DNA of 64,000 bases from NCBI GenBank assembly GCA_020773975.1, contig GCA_020773975.1_3638.1, one strand, 5' to 3'. Shown here piece after piece: positions 34,687-43,824 of the stretch. The DNA is from a phage. The notes under the pieces were generated by a model. The model worked only from the letters and a program-made list of their open reading frames with translations, made no database searches and was not told where the DNA came from. The first letter of the stretch is position 1, and the number at the start of each line of letters is the position of its first letter. A program made the translations under genes and the position numbers.

Positions 34687-34707
34687 CCAAGAATAAGAGA
34701 GAGTATT

Positions 34708-35133
34708 TTGAAAATATGTGGTTGTTGTAATAAATTAAAGGATTTCTCTGAGTTTAGTAAAAAATCAGCAGCAAAAGACGGTTATGCAAGTAAATGTAAA
34801 GAGTGCCACAATAACTATGTTAGAACTAAATGGTATCCTAGGAATAAAAAGAAGCACATCTCTTCCGTAGCTAAATATAAGAAGCTAAACCCTTATAAAA
34901 TAATTTCACATAGGTATGGTATACCAGAAGATATTGTTGAAAATATAATGTCAAAAGGTGAATGCGAGATTTGTGGCTCAACAGAAAATCTTGTTTTTGA
35001 TCATATACATCTGACAAATACTGCTAGAGGATGTCTTTGTACTCTATGTAATATAATGATTGGAAGATTGGGTGATACGAACGAAGAGATTTTAGAAAAA
35101 CTCCCTAAAATTTTAGCCTATGTAAGTAAATAA
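34708..35133 (+). CDS. Endonuclease VII-like (HNH/His-Cys box) nuclease, possible freestanding homing endonuclease
   Basis: C-terminal VFDHIHLTNTARGCLCTLCNIMIG matches the T4 endonuclease VII family signature. Probable TTG start after the GAGAG RBS; the ORF-track start overlaps the tRNA. Confidence 0.5.
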   Translation: MKICGCCNKLKDFSEFSKKSAAKDGYASKCKECHNNYVRTKWYPRNKKKHISSVAKYKKLNPYKIISHRYGIPEDIVENIMSKGECEICGSTENLVFDHIHLTNTARGCLCTLCNIMIGRLGDTNEEILEKLPKILAYVSK

Positions 35134-35140
35134 AATTTTG

Positions 35141-35165
35141 ATTGGTTCGATTCCAATACTCGCAA
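35141..35165 (+). pseudogene. Orphan tRNA 3' fragment (T-arm plus acceptor 3' strand plus CCA) without a matching 5' half
   Basis: attgg-ttcgatt-ccaat-actcgca-a-cca directly after the endonuclease VII-like ORF. Confidence 0.4.
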
Positions 35166-35298
35166 CCAGAATTAAAGTGGACACTAAGGAAGGTCGTGGC
35201 TGAGTAAACGGTAAGACACTCTCGACATGTAAAGGTTCCTTCGCCACTTTTCTCAAATAACTATAATAATAATCCAATCAATCTCCTCTCCTATGCCT

Positions 35299-35326
35299 AA
35301 CCCCGCCTCTTGCGGGGTTTTTCTTT
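35299..35326 (+). terminator. Rho-independent terminator closing the tRNA array
   Basis: ccccgc-ctctt-gcgggg hairpin followed by tttttcttt. Confidence 0.6.
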
Positions 35327-35373
35327 ATGTGCTAGTCTTTACGCATCTTGTTTTGTACTCAAGGATAGCTAAG

Positions 35374-36711
35374 ATGTTGCATGTTTTCAAAAAAGAAGAT
35401 TTTCAAAGAGAGTACGACATTTTGTGCTCTTTTATACCAAAAGGTGTTTATGATTTATTGTCGAAGCTGGATGTTAAGATAGCTGGCGGTGCAATAACCT
35501 CTTTGTTCTCTAATAGTAAAGTCAACGATCTTGATTTGTATTTCCCATCTTGGGAAAGCCTTGAGATATTCATTGCGTACATGATGGATAAAAATCTCTT
35601 AGGTGGAAAGTATGATTTAGCCGCACAGACAAACGGATGGGGAAATCAAAAAAGAACTTTTAGGTATTTTTATAACCTTGATAATGGGCAGGGTTCTCAT
35701 TTAGGTTTCACAGATCCTTTGTCAAGATGTAAAAATCTTCATTTTGAAGATGAAGATCTTCCAAACCTTACCAGAGTTGGTGTAACCGATAAGAGTGTGA
35801 TGCTGTACTTTGGGAAAGACCCTGTATTACAGTGTGTTGCTGTGGATGTGTTCAAAACAACAGAAGATATCTTTAGCAAAGTTGATTTTACAATCAACAT
35901 GGGCGCTTTTAACTTCAAGGATGGTGTGTGGGAATTTGATAGCAATTTCTTAAAACATATTGCTCAAAGGGTTTTAGTTGTAAATCATAAGACTGAATAC
36001 CCGATTATATCACTTTTGAGATCTGAAAAATATAAATCTCGTGGTTATACAATTTCGAAAAAAGAGACAATGAAACTGGCTATGACCATTGCTAGCCTTC
36101 AGATACAAAGTTGGGAATCGGCAAAGTCACATCTTAGCGGGATGTACGGAATGAAACTGTCTGATATCTTTGATGAGACAAAGCCGTTTTCACTTGATTT
36201 TTTGGTTGAGTGTCTAGACAGATTAGAATCTGGTTGCCAGCAGATAGACAAAAATGTTACCCCTGTGCAACCGTTGCCGTTTAATGATGTGTCCCAAGTT
36301 AATATGTTCAGTATTTTCCAAAGATTAAGAAAAGCAACAGGCAGGAAATACTTTACAAAACTATATGGGGTTTGTCCTGCTGAAGTTTTCTATCTTATGA
36401 TGCCAACAAAAGATACACATTATGTTGGGCTTCACAAAGAAGATATAGCAAATAATTTTCCAACTCTCAGACTTTATGTTGATGAAACGGAGGCAAGAGG
36501 AGAGTACAAAATTCTGTGTGAGAACGGAGAGATAGATGGCTATGGGTTTACAATATATCGGCCAGGTGCAGTTCTGTTAAAGGTTTCTGTAAGCGATACG
36601 TCAAAGATCCAATACGATATAGGTTATTTTAATGATTTGTGTATTTCTGAAAACAGAAAAACAACACTGAAAATTGAAAACATTATTGAGTGTGATGGGG
36701 ATATATCATGA
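35374..36711 (+). CDS. Hypothetical protein with possible minimal nucleotidyltransferase-fold motif
   Basis: 445 aa from internal Met (MLHVFKKEDF). IAGGAITS...x12...DLDLYF resembles the [GS]-x(9-13)-Dh[DE] motif of Pol-beta-type NTases; weak. Confidence 0.35.
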   Translation: MLHVFKKEDFQREYDILCSFIPKGVYDLLSKLDVKIAGGAITSLFSNSKVNDLDLYFPSWESLEIFIAYMMDKNLLGGKYDLAAQTNGWGNQKRTFRYFYNLDNGQGSHLGFTDPLSRCKNLHFEDEDLPNLTRVGVTDKSVMLYFGKDPVLQCVAVDVFKTTEDIFSKVDFTINMGAFNFKDGVWEFDSNFLKHIAQRVLVVNHKTEYPIISLLRSEKYKSRGYTISKKETMKLAMTIASLQIQSWESAKSHLSGMYGMKLSDIFDETKPFSLDFLVECLDRLESGCQQIDKNVTPVQPLPFNDVSQVNMFSIFQRLRKATGRKYFTKLYGVCPAEVFYLMMPTKDTHYVGLHKEDIANNFPTLRLYVDETEARGEYKILCENGEIDGYGFTIYRPGAVLLKVSVSDTSKIQYDIGYFNDLCISENRKTTLKIENIIECDGDIS

Positions 36712-37109
36712 TATGGTTTAAAACGCTGTTAACTTTCTTTTCTAAGAACATAAAACAGATAGGTGTTGTTTTGTGTTGTGTGATGCTCGTTTGGGGTGTT
36801 GTGGAGATAAAGCATTGGTATAATGACCAGTTAACATCGTCATACAACGCAGGTGTCAGCGACACTGATCTTAAATGGGAGAGGATTAACCAGCAAGTTC
36901 GGGATCATAATAACGCTTTTAAAAAACAACAGCAGGATAAGATCGATGAGTTGTCAACCATGTTGGTGAAAGAGAGAGAAATTAATAACCAACTGAAAGA
37001 AGACCTTGATAAAAAGGTTAAAAGTTATAGCAAAACACAAGCAGGAAAACAGGTTTGCCTAGATAACCAGTTTGTTGATATTTATAACGATAGTCTGGGG
37101 GTGAAATGA
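36708..37109 (+). CDS. Putative i-spanin (Rz-like)
   Basis: N-terminal TM helix plus coiled-coil periplasmic domain; immediately upstream of a lipoprotein gene. Confidence 0.45.
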   Translation: MIWFKTLLTFFSKNIKQIGVVLCCVMLVWGVVEIKHWYNDQLTSSYNAGVSDTDLKWERINQQVRDHNNAFKKQQQDKIDELSTMLVKEREINNQLKEDLDKKVKSYSKTQAGKQVCLDNQFVDIYNDSLGVK

Positions 37110-37399
37110 AAAAGTGTGTCATCATGGTTCCTTTTCTATTATTGATGTTAATAGGGTGCACTTCACCACCTGAGAGAGTTGTTCCTGTTGCAAAAGAGAT
37201 CATAATAAGCGATATCTTAGCAAGACCACCCGCTGAGGCTATGATACCACCGAAAGAACCTGAAAAATTGCCAGGTGGTCTTAGTAATGCAGATGCTATC
37301 GAGGTGATTAAGAAAAACAACATTAAGGCTGCTGAAGATCGTATGAGATTAAGAACGTTACAGCAGTATGTGAAGACAATATTTTCTTCAGATAAGTAG
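37106..37399 (+). CDS. Putative o-spanin (Rz1-like outer-membrane lipoprotein)
   Basis: Lipobox LIGC after the signal peptide, proline-rich, 97 aa. Confidence 0.5.
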   Translation: MKKCVIMVPFLLLMLIGCTSPPERVVPVAKEIIISDILARPPAEAMIPPKEPEKLPGGLSNADAIEVIKKNNIKAAEDRMRLRTLQQYVKTIFSSDK

Positions 37400-37494
37400 T
37401 TGACAATGCCCTTATTTAATGATAAGGGCTTTATTTTTATCGTTATTCGTGGTAAACTACCTTCTATGGTAGGAATAGAAAATATGGAGGTCTT

Positions 37495-38823
37495 TTGAGT
37501 AAAGTATTTGGACCTGCCAGTCCTAAACAAAAAATGATTTTGGAGAGTAAAGCCCAAATTCTAATAATTGGCGGGGCCGCCGGGTGTTTGTCTAAAGACC
37601 ACGAGGTGTTGACACCATCTGGCTGGATTAAGATATCAGAATGGTCAGGGCAGGACATTCTGCAATATGATAAAGCCACTGGGGAGGCTAAATTTATCCC
37701 TCCTTTAGAGTTTGTTAAACTCCCTTGCGACAAACTTACAAGAATAGAAGGTAATGGCATTTGTCAAGAGCTATCTGACGAACATACTGTGATTTATAAA
37801 CCAGACTATAAATCACAGCCAAGAACACTTTCTTTTTCTGAAGTGGCAGAAAGACATAACAACTCTGTTAAAAAAGGTTGGACAGGTAAGTTCATAACTA
37901 CATTTAACTATGATGGGCCTGGGATAGACATGACAGAAGGGGAATTAAGGCTTCAGGTTGCTGTCATGGCTGATGGGAGAGTTGTTAAAGAAGGGAAAGA
38001 TAATTATACACAGATGCGCTTTGCTAAAAAGCGTAAATATGACCGCTTAATCGAACTTTGTAAAAAGTTTGGATTAAGATATGAAGACAGAGGATCAAAA
38101 CCCAGTGAAAGATATACCACTGGGGAACAGTACGAGGTCATTGTATGGCCTAAATATCCTGATAAAAAATTTACAGAGAAATACTATCAGTGTTCAAATG
38201 AACAACTGGAGATAATACTTGATGAGATTTTTCATTGGGATGGTTCTTTTTGTAAGCCATATGGCGGTAAAACACATAACAGCTTTACAGGTAGATATTT
38301 TACTGCTCATAAGACGAACGCTGATTTTATTCAGTTTGTAGGATCTTCTCTTGGTTATAATACCACCATAAGCCATGACACAAGAAGTGGAAAGGACAGT
38401 TATACTGTTAATATTATGGCTAGAGGAAAAGGATTAAGGTCACTGGCTAATAAAGACAGAAAAGCTGAGTTTAAAGCGTTTACACCTACGGATGGGTTTA
38501 AATACTGCTTTGTAACACAAACAGGTTTCTTTGTTACCAGACTGGAAGATTGTGTGGTTGTCACTGGGAATAGTGGAAAATCATATCTCCTACAATTGAT
38601 GCCGCTTGCTTATGTCGATGACCCGCAGACAGCATGTATAATGTTTCGTAGGACAACACCTCAATTGACAGGTGCAGGTGGACTTTTTGATACAGCGAAA
38701 AGTATTTATTTGCAACTCGATAAGGAATGGAAGCCGAAGTTCAGGGAGAAAGCTCTGGAAGCAATTTTCCCATCTGGGGCAAAGGTGTTGTGGAGACACA
38801 TGGAGTATGAGAATAACAAATTA
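37495..38823 (+). CDS. terL: Terminase large subunit, exon 1 (contains an in-frame intein; 3' boundary ~38806-38823)
   Basis: Walker A GAAG|SGKSY restored across the intein; then ...AIFPSGAKVLWRHMEY. TTG start after GGAGG. ORF continues as intron read-through to 38841. Confidence 0.65.
37585..38571 (+). mobile_element. Intein in terminase Walker A motif (329 aa, LAGLIDADG-like domain)
   Basis: Starts Cys (CLSKDHEVLTPSGW), ends ...CVVVTGN followed by Ser. Removal gives a perfect P-loop GAAGSGKS. Confidence 0.7.
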
Positions 38824-39081
38824 GATCATCAGGGTGAATAGCTTGCCCTTCGTGCCTATAACGGTGGAACTCCCTATGGGAAAATACCGTGCCACAGAAT
38901 ATGGAAATATAAACTCTGGGTGTAACGACTATCTCCGATGAGTGTAGGAGAGTAGAATCACAAGCGATTGGTGATCCAAACGGCACGCCAAGGATGGAAG
39001 ATATAGTCTGTTCCACATGGAAACATGTGGCGGGTGTTTTAGCACACCGCCTCAGTGTAGCGAACTGAGGGGACAATAAGT
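38824..39081 (+). mobile_element. Group I intron 1 in terL (~260 nt, ORF-less; boundaries +/-17 nt)
   Basis: R-like guguaacgacuaucu (~38918) and S gaagauauagucu (~38998). The frame resumes in ...QYTFIGFDEG (Walker B-like). Confidence 0.55.
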
Positions 39082-39111
39082 TGCAATATACCTTTATAGG
39101 TTTCGATGAGG
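39082..39111 (+). CDS. terL: Terminase large subunit, micro-exon 2a (Walker B region ...QYTFIGFDEG)
   Basis: In-frame segment between two intron cores encoding a hhhhDE Walker B-like motif; stop follows within 6 codons unless spliced. Confidence 0.45.
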
Positions 39112-39462
39112 GTAGAACAGTGTGCTCTCTATAAACCCCTTTAATTGACGGGTAACTCTTTATACATATCACCACTAAGTAGGTATGGTAACATATTTAT
39201 GGTCAACGGTAATGACGTTGAGTATAGTAACAGTGTGAATGTTTAGACAATCCGCAGCGAAGCATCCCTACGGGATGAACGTTCAACGACTATCGCTTAC
39301 GGGCGTTAGGGCCAAGCGGTGAGGGAAACCTCCGGTTGATTATCAACCGCCGAAACAGGGGGGTGTGTAATAACACACAAGATATAGTCTGATCTGCATG
39401 GTGACATGCAGCAGCACGTAGTGGTGCGGGATAAGAGTAGCGATCTTATCTGAACAAAAACG
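39112..39462 (+). mobile_element. Group I intron 2 in terL (~351 nt, ORF-less)
   Basis: Q aauccgcagc (39246), R guucaacgacuaucg, S aagauauagucu (39381), then the shared block cugcauggugacaugcagcagcacguaguggugcggg. Ends in G before ACA CAA TTC... Confidence 0.6.
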
Positions 39463-39752
39463 ACACAATTCACATGGTCACAGATAGATTATCTGATATC
39501 TCGTCTACGTTCAAACTCTAAATATCCGAGCAGGATGGTTATCTCTTGTAACCCTGATCCAGATCATAAGATCAAGGAGTTGATTTCTTGGTATTTAGAT
39601 GATGAGGGATATCCTATACCTGAACGCGATGGGGTGATTAGATGGTTTATAAGACGTGACGGGGAGTTTATCTGGGGTGAATCAGAGCAAGAATTAATTG
39701 AAAAGTATTGGGATGGCAAGGATGAGAAAAGAAAGCCTAAACCACTTTCATT
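39463..39752 (+). CDS. terL: Terminase large subunit, exon 2b (TQFTWSQIDYLISRL...VISCNPDPDH...)
   Basis: Spacing and residues between Walker B and the SCNP motif mirror T4 gp17 (DE-x28-TTTPNG). ORF 39535..39846 is the tail of this exon plus intron read-through; 3' boundary +/-6 nt. Confidence 0.5.
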
Positions 39753-40755
39753 TTCCTTCATTTCCGCAACCATTAAAAGAATAGTGGCTTCATGCAGTAA
39801 TGCATGTCGAATAACTTCGTTAATTGCTGGGAAACCCTTTGTATAAGGGCAATCAGCAGCTATAATTACTTTTCCGAAACTGTAGTAGGGAGAATGTTTG
39901 AGATGAAAAATTTAGGATTTTTAGGGTATTCCCATTATTGTGCGACGTATGATGGAAGAATTTATAGTTTGTATTCCCACAAATTTTTACATCCTAATGT
40001 CCATAAGAAAACTGGCTATGCAATGTTAACGTTGTGTGAGGATGGTAAAAAGTTTCAAGTTCTTGTCCATAGGGTTATTGCTTTTGCTTTTGTCGAGAAT
40101 GATAGCCCTGATACAAAAACTCAAGTGAACCATTTAGATGGAAACAAACTTAATAACGCAGCGTGGAATCTTGAGTGGACAACTGCAAAGGAAAACACAC
40201 ATCACGCACATGAAATAGGGCTTAAGAAGTCTTATGTAAACAGTTACAGGCCTCTTGATGATAACACTGCCCTTGAGATATGCAGATTACTTGAGCAGGG
40301 TGCTAGAGTAAAGGATATCAGTGAGATGTTTGGTATTGGGCAGACTGTGGTTAGTAGTATCAAAGCTGGGAGAGTCTACCCAGACATTTCTAAAGAGTTT
40401 AATTTCAGGATGGTTCCTTCTTCCAACAGAATTAGTGAATCCAAAGTTATAGGGATATGTGAAGATCTGAGAGACGGTATCCTAAGCATTAATAAGATAT
40501 CTAAAAAATGGGGTGTTAGTTTTAATCTTGTTAGAAGAATAAAAGATAGAAAAACTTACATCTATATCTCAAACAACTATGAATGGTAATGTAGTTCAAC
40601 GACTATCCCGCAAGGGAGTAGATCGCAAGCTAATGGCGTTCGAAAAGCGAAGCACCCATTATGTGTGGGTGGTGATATAGTCTACTCTGCATGGTGACAT
40701 GCAGCAGCACGTAGTGGTGCGGGGGTTGGCGTTGCGTCCAACCTTGAATACAAGG
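39753..40755 (+). mobile_element. Group I intron 3 in terL (~1 kb) carrying an HNH homing endonuclease ORF
   Basis: P aauugcugggaaaccc (39822), Q aaucagcagc (39851), ORF in a peripheral loop, R guucaacgacuaucc (~40596), S gauauagucu (~40674), shared P9 block, ends in G. Confidence 0.6.
39894..40589 (+). CDS. Intron-encoded HNH homing endonuclease
   Basis: HNH motif QVNHLDGNKLNNAAWNLEWTTAKENTHHA plus C-terminal helix-turn-helix-like repeats; lies inside intron 3. Confidence 0.65.
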   Translation: MFEMKNLGFLGYSHYCATYDGRIYSLYSHKFLHPNVHKKTGYAMLTLCEDGKKFQVLVHRVIAFAFVENDSPDTKTQVNHLDGNKLNNAAWNLEWTTAKENTHHAHEIGLKKSYVNSYRPLDDNTALEICRLLEQGARVKDISEMFGIGQTVVSSIKAGRVYPDISKEFNFRMVPSSNRISESKVIGICEDLRDGILSINKISKKWGVSFNLVRRIKDRKTYIYISNNYEW

Positions 40756-41557
40756 ATTCGATAATCCTCCCATGCTGGAGAATAACCCAGATTATCTAGC
40801 ATTCCTTGAAGGTCTTCCAGAGGTAGAAAAAGCCCAGTTGTTGCATGGGAACTGGAACGCAAGACCTGAAGGGGCAAACTATTTCCAGAGATCTTATTTA
40901 AAAGAGGTTCCCTGCTTACCTCTCGGTGTTGTATCTGTTCGCCCGTATGATAAAGCAGGTACAGAAAGAACATCTGGAAACAGATATCCTGACTTTACAG
41001 CATCTGTTAAGGTAAGTAAAGACAATGATGGCTTTTACTACTTGTCTGGTGATTATTGTCCTGAATTTTTTGATGATGGTAGATATTCGACTCAAACGCA
41101 GGGAAGATTCTGTAAAAAAGCTGGGGAACGTGATGTTATCATTAAGAAACAGGCTTATTTTGATGGTGATGATGTCACTATAATTTTCAGTGTTGACCCA
41201 GGACAAGCAGGAATAAGTGAATTTTTAACAAGCTCTCGTGAACTAATAGCGGAAGGGTTTACAGTAGAAAAAGATCCTACACCAAGCAATAAATCAAAAT
41301 TAACACGATTCACACCGTTTGCAAAACTTGCTCAAGCAGGTATGGTGAGAATAGTTCGTGATAGTTTTGATCCTAAAACTTATGAAGCCCTTATGACAGA
41401 GCTTGAAAAGTTCAATGGGGAAAGGAGTACGACGACAAGAAAAGACGATTGGGTCGACGCCATTTCTTCTGGGATAAATTATCTTGAAAAAGAAGAAATA
41501 GTCAAACCTGTTGTTATTCCAAAAATTGTAGCTCCTACCTTGTATAAAAGAATATAA
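40756..41557 (+). CDS. terL: Terminase large subunit, exon 3 (C-terminal nuclease domain)
   Basis: ...FDNPPMLENNPDYLAFL..., IIFSVDPGQAG and RKDDWVDAISSGINY are typical RNase H-fold terminase nuclease motifs. Confidence 0.6.
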
Positions 41558-41572
41558 CAGAGGGGATAATTC

Positions 41573-43114
41573 GTGTCAACAAGATTTGCACAACAAGAAG
41601 AGATTTCTAAAGCAGGTAATGAGAGACTTGCTGTTAGTCGTCTTCGCACCGGAGAGTTAGGCTCTGGTGCTCTTTCTCAACTTAGGGCTGAATCAGAGAT
41701 TATGAAAGTTAAGGAGTTGAGATGGCCTAATTTCATCGCCACTGTTGAAGCCATGAAGCAAGACCATACAGTTTCCACAGCCCTTGATACAAAGTATGTC
41801 TTTGTAACTAAAGCATTCAATGATTTTAAAATCTTGTATAACAGAGATAGCAGAAAATCTAAGAAAGCTGCTGAGTTTGTGGAGTATGCGCTGAAGAATC
41901 TTGCTAACCAACAAACTCTACGTGACATAGCCCGAAGCGCAGCAACGTTCAATGAGTATGGGTTTTCGATATTTGAAAAAGTTTATCGTACTGAGCCAGA
42001 GACTTCAAGGTATGCTGGGTATATTACGATTGATAAAATTGCATTCAGGCCACAGTGCAGTCTTTCTAGATCAAAGCCTTGGGTATTTGATGCCGATGGT
42101 AAGACGCTGAAGGGCATTAACCAAAGCAGTTTGGCTTTCTCCAATTTACAAAACGGAATGCTGGGGGATACTTTAAACATTATCCGTAAATTGACTAATG
42201 GTGATGATGTTTTTATTCCAGTTAATAAGTTGATGATAATGAGTTTGGGGGGTACGGAATCCAACCCTGCTGGGTTATCACCTTTGGTTGGTTGTTATAG
42301 GGCATTCCGAGAGAAGATCCTTATAGAAAATTTGGAGACTATCGGAGCATCTAAAGATCTTGGTGGTATCATAGAACTTAAGATACCCTCCCAGATCCTT
42401 AATAAAGCAGCAATAGACCCAACATCACCAGAAGCTGCTATGGTGCAAGGACTAATGGCAGATGCTGCAAACGCACACGCTGGGGAACAAGCCTATTTTA
42501 TCTTACCATCTGACCTCAATAATCAAGGTGGTAAACAATATGAAATGTCCCTTAAAGGGATCGATGGCGCAGGTAAACAATACAGCACACAAGAGCTTGT
42601 TAACTCTCGCAAGAAGGCTATTCTTGATCGTTTTGGTGCGGGGTTTATTAACTTAGGTAACGATGGGCAAGGATCTTATAATCTTTCAGAATCAAAACAA
42701 ACTATTCATGGTCATTTTGTCCAGAGAGATATTGATATTATTGTTGAGGCGTTCAATAAGAACTTAATACCTCAACTTCTTGCTTTGAACGATATAAGAT
42801 TGTCTGACGAAGATATGCCAAGACTGAAACCTGGGCTTATTCAAGAAGTCGATATGGAAGGCTTCTCTAAATTTGTTCAGCGTATTGGTGCTGTTGGGTA
42901 TTTGCCTAAAACACCTACAGTTATTAATAAAATTCTTGAGGTTGGTGGCTTTGACGAAGAAATCCCTGAAGATATGGAGCTTGATGAATTGTTGCAAATT
43001 CTTGGTCAGGATGTAAGCCGTTCTGGAGATGGTATGACACCAGGATCAACAGGTAACGGAACATCAAAAATATCTACTGTCAGGGATAATTCTGTTTCTA
43101 ATTTAGAGAATTAA
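41573..43114 (+). CDS. Putative portal protein
   Basis: 513 aa ORF immediately downstream of terL; position and size only. Confidence 0.45.
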   Translation: MSTRFAQQEEISKAGNERLAVSRLRTGELGSGALSQLRAESEIMKVKELRWPNFIATVEAMKQDHTVSTALDTKYVFVTKAFNDFKILYNRDSRKSKKAAEFVEYALKNLANQQTLRDIARSAATFNEYGFSIFEKVYRTEPETSRYAGYITIDKIAFRPQCSLSRSKPWVFDADGKTLKGINQSSLAFSNLQNGMLGDTLNIIRKLTNGDDVFIPVNKLMIMSLGGTESNPAGLSPLVGCYRAFREKILIENLETIGASKDLGGIIELKIPSQILNKAAIDPTSPEAAMVQGLMADAANAHAGEQAYFILPSDLNNQGGKQYEMSLKGIDGAGKQYSTQELVNSRKKAILDRFGAGFINLGNDGQGSYNLSESKQTIHGHFVQRDIDIIVEAFNKNLIPQLLALNDIRLSDEDMPRLKPGLIQEVDMEGFSKFVQRIGAVGYLPKTPTVINKILEVGGFDEEIPEDMELDELLQILGQDVSRSGDGMTPGSTGNGTSKISTVRDNSVSNLEN

Positions 43115-43182
43115 CACTCAACCTTCTGAAATAACTTGCAAAAGAAAAAGAACGATGTTAAAATAACTGTTATGGGGAAATA

Positions 43183-43824
43183 ATGAAATTTAAAAGCATT
43201 AAAGACCTTCCTTCATCAGTATCTGATCTGTCTCTTGTTCAAAAGAGCAAGATACTGAATATCGCTAATGGCCTGATTGCTTCAGGCCATTCTCCAGAAA
43301 TTTCTGTAGAAAAGGCTTCTGAGAGAGTTTTATCTCTAAATCTTAAAAAGAGTCTTAATAAAGAAACATCTGTAGTTAATATCCAAAAAGATGCGGAACA
43401 AATGATCTCTTATGAGGTTATTTATGAGCCAAACACCAAGGATGCCCATGGAGAGTGGATGTCTCCTGAAACGATAGTAAAGGCAAAAGAATCTTACGAT
43501 AAGGCACTCGCTGCTGGTTTGGTGAAAGAAAATTTATTCCATCTTAGCGAGACTGATGCATTCACTATTGAAAAAACTTGGATTCAAGAAGAACTGGATG
43601 TTGTGGTCATTGGGACGGAACAGATAATTAAAGCAGGAACATGGGTAGCCAAGGTTAAGTATAATGATCCTGATTTGTGGAATTTGAAAAAAGCAAATGT
43701 TGTTGGTGGTTTAAGCATCCAGTGCTCTGGGCGTGTGGACACAGCAACAGGAGAAATAACAGATGTTGATTTCGGTATCGAATGTCTGGGTTATCTAGAT
43801 GAAACAGAGGAAGAGGACGAATGA
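43183..43824 (+). CDS. Head morphogenesis protein (possible prohead protease/core)
   Basis: Position between portal and scaffold-like gene; acidic C-terminus. Confidence 0.3.
   Translation: MKFKSIKDLPSSVSDLSLVQKSKILNIANGLIASGHSPEISVEKASERVLSLNLKKSLNKETSVVNIQKDAEQMISYEVIYEPNTKDAHGEWMSPETIVKAKESYDKALAAGLVKENLFHLSETDAFTIEKTWIQEELDVVVIGTEQIIKAGTWVAKVKYNDPDLWNLKKANVVGGLSIQCSGRVDTATGEITDVDFGIECLGYLDETEEEDE

Noticed and set aside
39535-39846. ORF 39535..39846 as an independent gene
   Set aside because: Its start is an internal Met of terL exon 2b and its last ~30 codons read into intron 3; it is a fragment of the split terminase gene.
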